This document shows, one piece after another, positions 17,772-26,490 of a DNA stretch of 32,000 nucleotides. Location: positions 32,719 through 64,718 of the forward strand of contig NSIR01000003.1 in assembly GCA_002737445.1 (NCBI GenBank), read 5' to 3'. Source of the stretch: Nitrosarchaeum sp. Its GTDB lineage: Archaea; Thermoproteota; Nitrososphaeria; Nitrososphaerales; Nitrosopumilaceae. Under the pieces are notes generated by a model, which was not told the origin of the DNA, did not search any database, and saw only the letters and a list, made by a program, of their open reading frames with translations. The first letter of the stretch is position 1. The number at the start of each line of letters is the position of its first letter. The translations under genes and the position numbers were made by a program.

Positions 17772-17785
17772 TTTTGTATACAAAA
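17772..17785. repeat. perfect 14-bp palindrome ttttgtatacaaaa flanked by the direct repeat aaaatacat
   Basis: Read directly. The aaaatacat copies are at 17756-17764 and 17782-17790. All lie in the dsbA-like/gap divergent spacer. Confidence 0.7.
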
Positions 17786-17900
17786 TACATGTAATTAAAA
17801 TTAAATAAAAACACTTTACTTTAGAAAGAACAGCCTCAGTTTCAATTATACTGTAAATTACTAAACTAATCTAAATAAATGGGAAACTATAAGAAAAAAT

Positions 17901-18953
17901 ATGAATAAAGTTTTTGTAAATGGCTATGGTTCTATTGGAAGTAGAATTACATCATTTTTAAAAGATGATTCTGAAATTACTGTAATCGGTGTTGGAAAAT
18001 ATTCTCCAGATGATGATGTGAATTTAGCTATTTCTCGTGGATTAAATGTATATGTTCCACAAAAAAAATTAAATGATTTTACAAATTATAAAATATCTGG
18101 CACAATTGAATCTGCAATTAGTGATTGTGATTTAGTTATTGATGCATCACCTGGTGGAGTTGGATATGTAAACAAGAAAAATCTATATGATTCAAAAAAT
18201 GTAAAGGTAATTTATCAAGGCGGTGAAACTATCTTGGGAACTGAGGCTGTATCTGATTTATTATTTAATTCAAGGGCAAATTATGATTTGGCTATTGGTA
18301 AGAAACATGTCATGCAAGGTAGCTGTAATGTTACTGGTATGGGACGTATATTGGAACCACTACGAGATAGATTTGGTAAACAACTAGTACGATTTGATGT
18401 AACTCTTGTAAGACGTTCAGCTGATTTAGAGCAAACCGAAAAACATGTAATTGATACAATAGAAATGAGTGAAATGCCTCATCATGGAGATGATGTCAAA
18501 ACATATTTTGGAAAAGATGCGCCTCTATTTGTTCGTGCAATTAAAGTCCCAACTAGACAAATGCATTTACACATTATGGATATTCGTTTTAATCACACAG
18601 CGCCTCCTATTTCTGAAATACACGATGTATTCAAAAATGAATTTGGAGTAGCGATTCTTTGGACTGCTAAAGGCACTAAAGAGATACGCGACTATGCACA
18701 AAGTATGAACTTTAATTTCACTGATACAAACATGATTCACATTCATGCAAACATGACTGTCTCAAACGGTGATACTGTGCAATTAATGTATTCAGATGAT
18801 CAAACTGGAATTGTGATACCTGAAAATCACATGTTATTGCAAGCAATGCTCTTTGATAGATCATATAATGATTCATTTGCACATACTGAATCAATATTTA
18901 ATCTCAAAGAAAAAAAGAAAAAATTACAAGAACACTTTGCAAGAAAAAATTAA
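17901..18953 (+). CDS. gap: archaeal-type glyceraldehyde-3-phosphate dehydrogenase
   Basis: VNGYGSIGSRI (NAD(P) binding), IYQGGE, the catalytic SCNVTG, VRRSADL, PHHGDDVKT and VIPENHMLLQAM are collinear with archaeal type II GAPDH. Confidence 0.85.
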   Translation: MNKVFVNGYGSIGSRITSFLKDDSEITVIGVGKYSPDDDVNLAISRGLNVYVPQKKLNDFTNYKISGTIESAISDCDLVIDASPGGVGYVNKKNLYDSKNVKVIYQGGETILGTEAVSDLLFNSRANYDLAIGKKHVMQGSCNVTGMGRILEPLRDRFGKQLVRFDVTLVRRSADLEQTEKHVIDTIEMSEMPHHGDDVKTYFGKDAPLFVRAIKVPTRQMHLHIMDIRFNHTAPPISEIHDVFKNEFGVAILWTAKGTKEIRDYAQSMNFNFTDTNMIHIHANMTVSNGDTVQLMYSDDQTGIVIPENHMLLQAMLFDRSYNDSFAHTESIFNLKEKKKKLQEHFARKN

Positions 18954-18954
18954 T

Positions 18955-20244
18955 TTATTTTTTTATACGTTCAATTCTGATTTTTTCCGGTTTATTTTTT
19001 ATTACTTTTTCAATAACAATGCGAATGTTATCAATTTCAAGCTTGTCGCCTTCTCTAGCTATGTCTTTTAATTTTTCGTGTAGTAATCCATTAAGTGATG
19101 CATAGTTATCCCCTTCAGGTAATTCTGATTTAAAAATTTCATTAATTTGTTTGATTTCAATATCACCATTTGTAATTATTGTATCTCTGTCAATGGATTC
19201 AAATCCTTTTGATGGTGTATCATCTGTTTCATCTTCAATGTCTCCAACTATTTCCTCAATGAGATCTTCCAATGTGACCAATCCTTCCACTCCGCCATGC
19301 TCATCAATAACTATCGCCATGTGTGTTTTTCTACCTTTCATTTCTTTAAGTAGAGAACTTACCATTTTTTCTTGGGATGCAAAAACAGGTTTTCTTGAAA
19401 CTTGTTCTAATGTAATCATTTTATTTTCTTTTTGTATGTGAATTAAAATATCACTTACATGAACAAATCCAATAATATCATCACGTGTTTCTCCAAAAAT
19501 TGGGATTCTTGAATGTAAATTTTCACTAATTAGTGGCAATGCTTCAAAAAGAAGCATTTTTGCAGGCAGTGTGAACATTTTTGTTCGTGGCGTCATTACT
19601 GTTCTAATTACAGTATCATCAAACTCTAATGCACTGTGAACTAGTTCACTTTCATCTTTTTCAAGTACGTTATCTGCCAAACCCTGTGCAACAATACCTT
19701 TGATCTCTTCTTCAGTAATTGGTGGTGGCTGATAACTGCTTCCAGTTAATTTGATTATTGTTTTTGTAATTATCTCAAAAAGTTTGACAACTGGCCATAA
19801 TGCATAGCTGAAAATCAATAATAATGGTGCACATCTAAGTGCAGTTTTAGTAGAATTAGCATTGGCATATATTTTAGGAGTAATTTCACCAAACACTAAA
19901 ATCATGAATGTCATGACTCCAACTGTAATTGCAACTGCAACTCCTTCTGCAATTTCTAACCCATAATTTTCAAAAGTTCTGATTGCAATACTTGTTGCAA
20001 AAACTGATGCTGCCACATTAGTAAGATTGTTTCCTAGATTAACACTTGACATCATCCAACTTGGATTGGATGTAAATTTGTGTAATGCCTTTGCACCTTT
20101 GACTTTGTCCTTTAGTAATTGAGTTACAGTGGATTTTCGAATTCCAACCATTGCAACTTCCACTCCACTGAAAAATGCTGAAAGTCCTATGAGCGCAGCT
20201 AATACTACATACTCTACCCAAATTTCTACCATTTTATCCTCCAA
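18955..20244 (-). CDS. CNNM/CorC-HlyC family transporter (DUF21 TM domain + CBS pair + CorC_HlyC domain)
   Basis: An N-terminal four-helix membrane domain is followed by a CBS-pair region (VMTPRTKMFTL..., MAIVIDEHGGVEGLVTLEDLIEEIVGDIEDE) and a C-terminal transporter-associated domain. The track start is TTG, with an ATG at 20232. Confidence 0.85.
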   Translation of the reverse strand: MEDKMVEIWVEYVVLAALIGLSAFFSGVEVAMVGIRKSTVTQLLKDKVKGAKALHKFTSNPSWMMSSVNLGNNLTNVAASVFATSIAIRTFENYGLEIAEGVAVAITVGVMTFMILVFGEITPKIYANANSTKTALRCAPLLLIFSYALWPVVKLFEIITKTIIKLTGSSYQPPPITEEEIKGIVAQGLADNVLEKDESELVHSALEFDDTVIRTVMTPRTKMFTLPAKMLLFEALPLISENLHSRIPIFGETRDDIIGFVHVSDILIHIQKENKMITLEQVSRKPVFASQEKMVSSLLKEMKGRKTHMAIVIDEHGGVEGLVTLEDLIEEIVGDIEDETDDTPSKGFESIDRDTIITNGDIEIKQINEIFKSELPEGDNYASLNGLLHEKLKDIAREGDKLEIDNIRIVIEKVIKNKPEKIRIERIKK

Positions 20245-20382
20245 AAAAGTTTGTCAGAACAACGCATGCTCTTCATTTTATTTTTTATACACCATGTCTT
20301 GGTTGTAATTATTTTATAAAACCCACTTTTAAGGCTTAAGGCATAAAAATAATATTTAATGAAATAAATTTCTTAATTGAGG

Positions 20383-21720
20383 CTAATTTTTTGGTGGAAT
20401 CGCAAATTTATTTTTAGGATTACTGTGGTACTCTACTGGCAGCATTGCATCTTTTTGTCTGCCTGTGAGAATACCTACAACCACATCATCTTTTTTGATT
20501 ATTTCTTCATTTATCAGTTTTTTAATTCCAACAACTGATGCCCCTGATGCTATTTCACAATCAAATCCATTCAAACCAACAATGGACATTGCATCCAACA
20601 TTTCAGAATCTGTAACTGATGTTACTACACCATTGGTAAATTCTAATGCGCGAATCCCTTTTAGTATATTCGCAGGTCTTGCTATTTGTATTGCAGTAGC
20701 TTTTGTTTTTGGTCTAATTCCTTGTTTGTCTAAATGATCATAATATCTTGTAATTAATTCTGTATTTGGATTGCCTTTATTCCATCGCAATTCCTCCCCC
20801 TCAAATTTACCATTATACAAATCAGATAATGTGCTTGCACCATCCGAATTTATCACTGCAATTCGTGGTATTTTTTTTATCCACCCCCATTCGTATAATT
20901 CCATTAATGCTTTTCCACAACTAGATGTATTTCCTAATGCCCCACCTGGATATACAATCCAATCAGGTGTTTCCCACTTCAAATATTCTAAAACTCTATA
21001 AGGAATTGTTTTTTGTCCTTCAATTCTAAATGGATTTATCGAATTTACTGTATATCCATTATGATTTTTTGCATCATCAAGTGATTGTTTGAGCGCATCA
21101 TCAAAATTTCCATCTACTTCTACTATTTGAGCTCCAAACTGATATGCTTGACTTAGTTTGCCTGGAGCAATTTGACCTGCTGGAATGTATACGTCACATT
21201 GCATTCCCTCGTTTGCTGCAAACATACCTGCAGAAGCTGAAGTGTTTCCAGTTGACGCACAAACAATTTTTTTTGCACCAACCATTTTTGCATGTGTCAC
21301 AGCGGTTGCCATTCCGTTATCTTTGAATGAACCACTTGGATTGTATCCTTCTGGTTGCAACCATAAATTATTATTAGAAATTCCAATAAATTCTGCAACT
21401 TTTGACATTTGATATGGTTTTGATTGTCTACCCTCTGCACCATCAAGTGAAACTAGATATTTTGAACATTGTTCAAGATTTTTTGTATCTATTTCACAAA
21501 AATTAAGTAATTCTCTAAATCGCCAAACTCCACTTTCATCAAATATGTTTCCTTGAGAATTACGTCTTTTATAAAATACTTCTTTAAGACTATCTGAAGG
21601 TTTATTTTTGTATTTTACATCTAGTAGATGACCATTTTCGCATTCAACATTAATGCTGTTTATTGGATACTCTAATCCACAACGTAGATCAATACATTTG
21701 AGATAAGCATCACCTTGCAT
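20383..21720 (-). CDS. thrC: threonine synthase
   Basis: PLP-lysine motif NPSGSFKDNGM, SGNTSASAG, and an N-terminal Cys/His zinc-ribbon-like segment as in long-form ThrC. Confidence 0.9.
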   Translation of the reverse strand: MQGDAYLKCIDLRCGLEYPINSINVECENGHLLDVKYKNKPSDSLKEVFYKRRNSQGNIFDESGVWRFRELLNFCEIDTKNLEQCSKYLVSLDGAEGRQSKPYQMSKVAEFIGISNNNLWLQPEGYNPSGSFKDNGMATAVTHAKMVGAKKIVCASTGNTSASAGMFAANEGMQCDVYIPAGQIAPGKLSQAYQFGAQIVEVDGNFDDALKQSLDDAKNHNGYTVNSINPFRIEGQKTIPYRVLEYLKWETPDWIVYPGGALGNTSSCGKALMELYEWGWIKKIPRIAVINSDGASTLSDLYNGKFEGEELRWNKGNPNTELITRYYDHLDKQGIRPKTKATAIQIARPANILKGIRALEFTNGVVTSVTDSEMLDAMSIVGLNGFDCEIASGASVVGIKKLINEEIIKKDDVVVGILTGRQKDAMLPVEYHSNPKNKFAIPPKN

Positions 21721-21833
21721 TGTCAGTTAGCGGAATTAGTGATAATTTAAAGTTAAGAGTAAAATCCAATCAAACAGATAATTAACTTTTATTCGTAAAC
21801 TTTAGATTAAATTACAATGCTCTAAATCTAATC

Positions 21834-22208
21834 ATGGTAACTTTTAACGAACATCTAAAAAGCATTCTAGAAAAGATCCTCATTTCTCATGACATGTTGG
21901 CAAAACTTGAAGATAATTTTGGAGATTTAGATATAATTAAAAAACAACTTTTAAAAATTAATGGTTTCTTTCAGGTTATACTAGATAAATTGGATACTTT
22001 GGAATCCCCATCTAGTGATTTTTTAGATTTAAAATCCAAAATTGAATTTAATTTGGAAAATTACTCTTTTGAAAAAGAGATAGAGACTATGAGTGAATTA
22101 TACTCTGAGGATTCAAAACGATTAAAAAATATCCGATTAAAAATTCTCGAATCTTTGGAATCAAACCAATTAATGGAAAAAATAGAATGCATGTTGGAGA
22201 ACGTATAA
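21834..22208 (+). CDS. hypothetical helical/coiled-coil protein (124 aa)
   Basis: Long ATG-initiated frame with heptad-like Leu/Ile/Glu/Lys composition. No family recognised. Confidence 0.5.
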   Translation: MVTFNEHLKSILEKILISHDMLAKLEDNFGDLDIIKKQLLKINGFFQVILDKLDTLESPSSDFLDLKSKIEFNLENYSFEKEIETMSELYSEDSKRLKNIRLKILESLESNQLMEKIECMLENV

Positions 22209-22212
22209 AATT

Positions 22213-22317
22213 ATGAAAACAGGCAAGAAAAAATGTATTTTATGTGGTTGCCAAGATCATCGTTTAATTGGCTGCACACATCATATTACAAAAAAATGCA
22301 GTTGTTATAAAAATTAA
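22213..22317 (+). CDS. possible 34-aa cysteine/histidine-rich micro-protein
   Basis: Manual translation gives MKTGKKKCILCGCQDHRLIGCTHHITKKCSCYKN. The ATG is 4 nt after the stop of the 124-aa ORF. Confidence 0.35.
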   Translation: MKTGKKKCILCGCQDHRLIGCTHHITKKCSCYKN

Positions 22318-22324
22318 ATCTAGA

Positions 22325-22441
22325 TTACTTACTTTTAGAACCTGATCTTTCATGAAAATTTAAACAGCATCGACATTCCATTTTTATACATTCTTCTTCT
22401 GATTGATGATCACATATGCCACATTCACAACTATTTGCCAT
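22325..22441 (-). CDS. possible 38-aa cysteine-rich micro-protein
   Basis: Manual translation gives MANSCECGICDHQSEEECIKMECRCCLNFHERSGSKSK. It lies 68 nt downstream of the 115-aa ORF on the same strand. Confidence 0.35.
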   Translation of the reverse strand: MANSCECGICDHQSEEECIKMECRCCLNFHERSGSKSK

Positions 22442-22509
22442 GTCTTTCTGTATCTTAATTACAATATAACTAGTACTTGAAATTTTTCTGATTTTATGGT
22501 CAAATGCTA

Positions 22510-22857
22510 CTATTTTTTAGATTTGGATTTTTTCCCAATTAATTTTTTGGCTTTGTCTAATTTTTTTGTACTTGGTTTATCTGATAGCTCTAATTCCATT
22601 TCAGTTGCTCTGTTATCTACAACTTTGATAATTTCTTGAATCAATCCATCAAGATCACTATCTGTTGGTTCTGGTTGTATGGATGTTGCAATTTCCTGTA
22701 TTGTACTTGAAATATCTGCACTTACTTCCTCAAAACTTTCAGGATCTTCAAATGCTGCATTATACAAACTTTTAAGATTATTTACCTGGCTAATTATTTG
22801 ATCCGTTAATGTTAGTCTGAATTCAGTTCCATTGACTTTGATTGTTTTTGTAATCAT
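22510..22857 (-). CDS. hypothetical acidic protein with a Lys-rich C-terminal tail (115 aa)
   Basis: ATG-initiated long frame. It has an acidic middle (EPEPTDSDLDG) and the tail KPSTKKLDKAKKLIGKKSKSKK. No family recognised. Confidence 0.5.
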   Translation of the reverse strand: MITKTIKVNGTEFRLTLTDQIISQVNNLKSLYNAAFEDPESFEEVSADISSTIQEIATSIQPEPTDSDLDGLIQEIIKVVDNRATEMELELSDKPSTKKLDKAKKLIGKKSKSKK

Positions 22858-22933
22858 ATTTCAGATTTCAAATTCTGTTCCTTAAAGGTTTTTAGTTCAA
22901 ATTTGTTCAACGTGGATTAATGATTTTTCTAAA

Positions 22934-23389
22934 TTAAAATACAATATAGTCTAAGGCAGAGGCGTCACTGATTAGAGTTGTATGTCTTGAACCTACAACG
23001 TACCCATTTTTGATTTCATCTGCTGGAATCCATCTATTTGATGAACTATAGTGTCTTTTTTCCTGTAATTCGCGTTCAATTGCCTCAATGTCAAATTCAC
23101 GCTCTTCGACTTCTTGTGATGTTAGATATTTTATTGTGACTAGAATTTTAGTTACTTTGACACGATCTCCAAATTTCCATTTTGATGCAGTATTTTCATC
23201 TGAAACTTCAATTATTTTGATTTTCATTTGTTTTGTTCCAAATGCATCATAACTTACAAGCGTCCTTTCATCTGTAAATTCTTCAAAAACAGTTCTGGAT
23301 TTAGCTGTATCTGAATCCAATATGGATTTTATATCTGATGATATTTCTTTTGATTCGCGTTCATTTTCTTCTGACATGAATGCATTCAT
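22934..23389 (-). CDS. hypothetical protein (151 aa)
   Basis: ATG-initiated long frame, with an alternative ATG at 23377. It has an acidic N-terminus and a strand-rich middle. No family recognised. Confidence 0.5.
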   Translation of the reverse strand: MNAFMSEENERESKEISSDIKSILDSDTAKSRTVFEEFTDERTLVSYDAFGTKQMKIKIIEVSDENTASKWKFGDRVKVTKILVTIKYLTSQEVEEREFDIEAIERELQEKRHYSSSNRWIPADEIKNGYVVGSRHTTLISDASALDYIVF

Positions 23390-23428
23390 CTCTAATCATT
23401 AAAAAATGCTCTGTTCTCTTTTTTATAA

Positions 23429-23989
23429 TTAGGCACTAGATCTATGTTTTGTTTTAAATGGCATTGTGTGTTCTTTGAGATCTAATTTTTCTCTTTTTCC
23501 ATCAATCCTTGCAAATATCTGCCCCTCATAGGTGCAAACACAATCAGTTATTGGTTTAGATTCATCCCAAATTTTATAAAATTCTCGCAATTCCCTACTT
23601 TCATAGATTCCTAATCCTATTCTTTTTTTTGATAGGAATTTGAAAGCAAGAATTACTTTTCTATTTTTATAAATGTCAAATGTTTTAATCCATTTTTGAC
23701 ACCGTTCAATTTGATCTGCTGGAACTGGAAGTGAAGTACTTGTACCTGATTTTGCCTCTATGGTGAAAATCATACTGTTTAGTGTATTTACTGCTAAAAT
23801 ATCAGGTAATGCAATACTGGGCGAACCCAACCGAAATGCCTTCCAATTTTGTGTAGAATTGAATCTTTTCACTAGTGTATCCTCCCAATTATATCCCCGC
23901 TGTCTACGTGTTCGTGAAATTTTTTTATTGTCTTTAATTATTTTTACAATTGGAATATCTAATGAAATTGAACTCATTTTATTTCGCAT
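23429..23989 (-). CDS. PD-(D/E)xK nuclease resembling the archaeal Holliday-junction resolvase Hjc, with a C-terminal extension
   Basis: Motifs appear in Hjc order and spacing: RGYNWEDTLVKRF (G-x3-E helix), AFRLGS, LPDILAV (Asp) and FTIEAKSG (E-x-K). It is 186 aa versus about 140 aa for typical Hjc. Recognised by eye only. Confidence 0.55.
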   Translation of the reverse strand: MRNKMSSISLDIPIVKIIKDNKKISRTRRQRGYNWEDTLVKRFNSTQNWKAFRLGSPSIALPDILAVNTLNSMIFTIEAKSGTSTSLPVPADQIERCQKWIKTFDIYKNRKVILAFKFLSKKRIGLGIYESRELREFYKIWDESKPITDCVCTYEGQIFARIDGKREKLDLKEHTMPFKTKHRSSA

Positions 23990-24244
23990 GTCATATTATG
24001 CAGGATTTGTATATAGTAAGGCAGGTAATTATGACATAACCAAATAAAATGTTGTATTATTGATTATAATTAATAAAAACCAAGAACGTATATTTGATTA
24101 TTTTTTGATAGGTTATTCAATAATTAAAAATATAACATTAATTTATAAAAACAATTTAAAAAAATTATCAATAATTATGTAAAATCTCTCTTTTCATACA
24201 TATTTTACAATGATTTATCAATCTCATTTTTAAGAAGATTTATC

Positions 24245-25069
24245 ATGTTTGAACAAATTGCCAAAAATTTACAAATTTTAAAGCAAGAATTTTTCAAAAT
24301 ATATCAAGGAAATAGTCACATTCAGGAATTAATACCAATTTCAGCCTCAGAATCTTTTCCGATAAATGAAAATCATTTAAAATTATTGCATGATTTTGCT
24401 GCAAACAATCCAATCTATCATAATTCTTTTGAGCAAGAAATTGGAGGAATTTTTTGCAAAGTGTATGAAGGTGATATTAATGAATATTGGCTAAATAGCA
24501 TCAAACACGGTTCTAGCTGTCAACCATTTTACCCCACTTGGATTATTTCAGCATATATTGCTGCAAGTATTGCAAAAAGTTTTGATTATAAAGAATTGGT
24601 AGATATTGGTTCAGGTGATGGTAGAATTGCATTTTGTGGAAAAATTTTAGAACTAGAAACAACTAGCATTGAAATTGATAATGTTCTTGTTGACTTGCAA
24701 AATTTAATTATATCTAAGACAAAAATTAATTTTAATCCAATTTGTGTTGATGCTGTCGAATTTGACTATACACTATTGAATTTAACCCGACCTGTATTTT
24801 TTATTGGAGGATTGCCTCAAATGGGTGGTGATATTTTGGCTACAGATATTATTGAAAAAATCACTGGAATTAAAATTAAAAAAAATACATGTATTGTTTT
24901 TGCAGGAACTGATTCAAAAAGACCTCTTTCTGGAAATCAATCCGACGGTGGATGGAGTTCTTTAATTGATAAACATGATCTCAAAGTAATTAGAACTGTG
25001 TCACTTCCAACCATATGGACTTTTGATCAAATAGTAGATACTCCATACATCTATACTGAATTTAATTAA
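24245..25069 (+). CDS. class I SAM-dependent methyltransferase with an uncharacterised ~110-aa N-terminal region
   Basis: Motif I LVDIGSGDGRIAF is followed by an acidic residue at the end of strand 2 (TSIEID), as in Rossmann-fold MTases. The substrate cannot be inferred. Confidence 0.6.
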   Translation: MFEQIAKNLQILKQEFFKIYQGNSHIQELIPISASESFPINENHLKLLHDFAANNPIYHNSFEQEIGGIFCKVYEGDINEYWLNSIKHGSSCQPFYPTWIISAYIAASIAKSFDYKELVDIGSGDGRIAFCGKILELETTSIEIDNVLVDLQNLIISKTKINFNPICVDAVEFDYTLLNLTRPVFFIGGLPQMGGDILATDIIEKITGIKIKKNTCIVFAGTDSKRPLSGNQSDGGWSSLIDKHDLKVIRTVSLPTIWTFDQIVDTPYIYTEFN

Positions 25070-25383
25070 ATTAAAGAAATTTCAAAAAAATAATTATTTT
25101 CTCGTATTCCACATTTATCTATCTTTATTTTATTACCTTCAATTGGAATGCCACTAGTCATTTTACCTATAACTTTGATATGATTTTCAATTTCTATTAA
25201 ACAAAAATATTCATTATTTTTCTTTGAAAATTCAATTATTTTACCTTCACAAGCCCCCTTTCTCCAAATTACTTGATTAAAACAATTATTGCAAAATTCA
25301 GATGGTGGCCATACTATTTTTTTACATTTGTCACATTCGGCTATGGTAAAATTTCCTTTATACAGTTCAGATTCAAAAGTCAT
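25066..25383 (-). CDS. DUF35 family Zn-ribbon/OB-fold protein (short, 105 aa)
   Basis: CDKCKKIVWPPSEFCNNC is the CxxC...CxxC rubredoxin-like ribbon, followed by a strand-rich OB-like segment. ATGA overlap with the upstream thiolase. Confidence 0.8.
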   Translation of the reverse strand: MTFESELYKGNFTIAECDKCKKIVWPPSEFCNNCFNQVIWRKGACEGKIIEFSKKNNEYFCLIEIENHIKVIGKMTSGIPIEGNKIKIDKCGIRENNYFFEISLI

Positions 25384-26489
25384 CTTTCTAAAACCAAAAC
25401 TGTGGAAGAAGTTGCAGCAGCTGACATGTTGTGTACTAGTCCAATCTTTGCATTTTCTACCTGTCTTTTTTCTGCATTTGATTGTAATTGCTGTGTAATT
25501 TCTATAGTTTGAGCTATTCCAGTTGCCCCAAGTGGGTGACCTGCACCAATTAATCCGCCGCGAGGATTAATTTTAAAATTATTTGTGGTGTGTAATTCTT
25601 TAATCATATCCATTCCTTTTCCTTTATCTGTAAATCCAATTGATTCTAAAGCCATTGGTTCACAAACAGCAAAAGCATCATGTACTTCTGCAACATTTAC
25701 ATCCATTACACTATGTTTTGACATTTTTAATGCAGATAATGCCGCATATTGTGTTGATTCCATAGAACTAAAAGCCATATTTTTTGTAAATCCTGCCGAC
25801 ATGGTTTTTTGTCCTATGCCTGTAATCCAGATTGGATTGTCTGTGAATTTTTTACAACTATCTTCTGATGCAAGTAAAATTGATGCTCCCCCGGTACACG
25901 GTCTTGAACAATCAAGTAATCTAAGATCGTCTGTTAATTTTTTTGAATTTATTATTTCTTTTAATGAATATACTTTTTTTGATAATGCATATGGATTATG
26001 TTGTGATTGTTTATGATTTTTTGCAGATACAAGTGCCAATTGTTCATCCGTAATTGAAAACTCTCTTTTGTATGCTTTTGTAAAAATACTAGCCCAAAAA
26101 ATAGGATGTTTGAATTCGCCCCTCGAATTATCCCACTCTAAAATTTGCCCTGTGCTATCATATCTTTCAGCACCTGATACTAGAACCACATCTGCCAATC
26201 CTGATGCAATGTATGAATATGCAGAAACTATGGAATTTGTTCCAGAATTACACAAACTTTCAATAGAATGAGCAATTTTAGGCTCAATTCCAGACATTTC
26301 AGATAATATCGCAGATAGATATTTGGAGTTGTTGTTAGTTGATACCAACACTGCATCAATATCCTTACGGGATAGATTTGGAGTGTCATCAAATAATTTT
26401 TTTGTTGATTCTAGTAAAACGGATTCAATTTTTGAATCCTCCATTGAAAATTTTGTAATTCCATATGATGCAATTCCAACTTTGGACAT
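25380..26489 (-). CDS. thiolase-family acetyl-CoA C-acyltransferase (archaeal/SCP-x type)
   Basis: Active-site Cys context IESLCNSGTNS and C-terminal NPRGGLIGAGHPLGATG. It is 369 aa and paired with DUF35, as is typical for archaeal thiolases. Confidence 0.85.
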   Translation of the reverse strand: MSKVGIASYGITKFSMEDSKIESVLLESTKKLFDDTPNLSRKDIDAVLVSTNNNSKYLSAILSEMSGIEPKIAHSIESLCNSGTNSIVSAYSYIASGLADVVLVSGAERYDSTGQILEWDNSRGEFKHPIFWASIFTKAYKREFSITDEQLALVSAKNHKQSQHNPYALSKKVYSLKEIINSKKLTDDLRLLDCSRPCTGGASILLASEDSCKKFTDNPIWITGIGQKTMSAGFTKNMAFSSMESTQYAALSALKMSKHSVMDVNVAEVHDAFAVCEPMALESIGFTDKGKGMDMIKELHTTNNFKINPRGGLIGAGHPLGATGIAQTIEITQQLQSNAEKRQVENAKIGLVHNMSAAATSSTVLVLER

Positions 26490-26490
26490 A

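Noticed and set aside
22213-22441. The Cys-rich micro-ORFs as RiPP (sactipeptide/ranthipeptide-like) precursor peptides.
   Set aside because: No maturase, radical-SAM/SPASM enzyme, protease or exporter lies adjacent. The only radical-SAM gene in the window is bioB, 10 kb away and clearly a biotin synthase.
23429-25069. A divergent PD-(D/E)xK nuclease and SAM methyltransferase pair that looks like a type II restriction-modification module.
   Set aside because: The nuclease motifs and their spacing match the Hjc resolvase pattern rather than a typical restriction enzyme. I could find no (D/N/S)PP(Y/F/W) or PCQ-type DNA-MTase catalytic motif in the methyltransferase; the only similar string, QPFYPTW, lies about 30 aa before motif I, which fits no known MTase permutation. 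Flanking genes are housekeeping, with no sign of a composition shift. This remains worth a profile search but cannot be supported as R-M.
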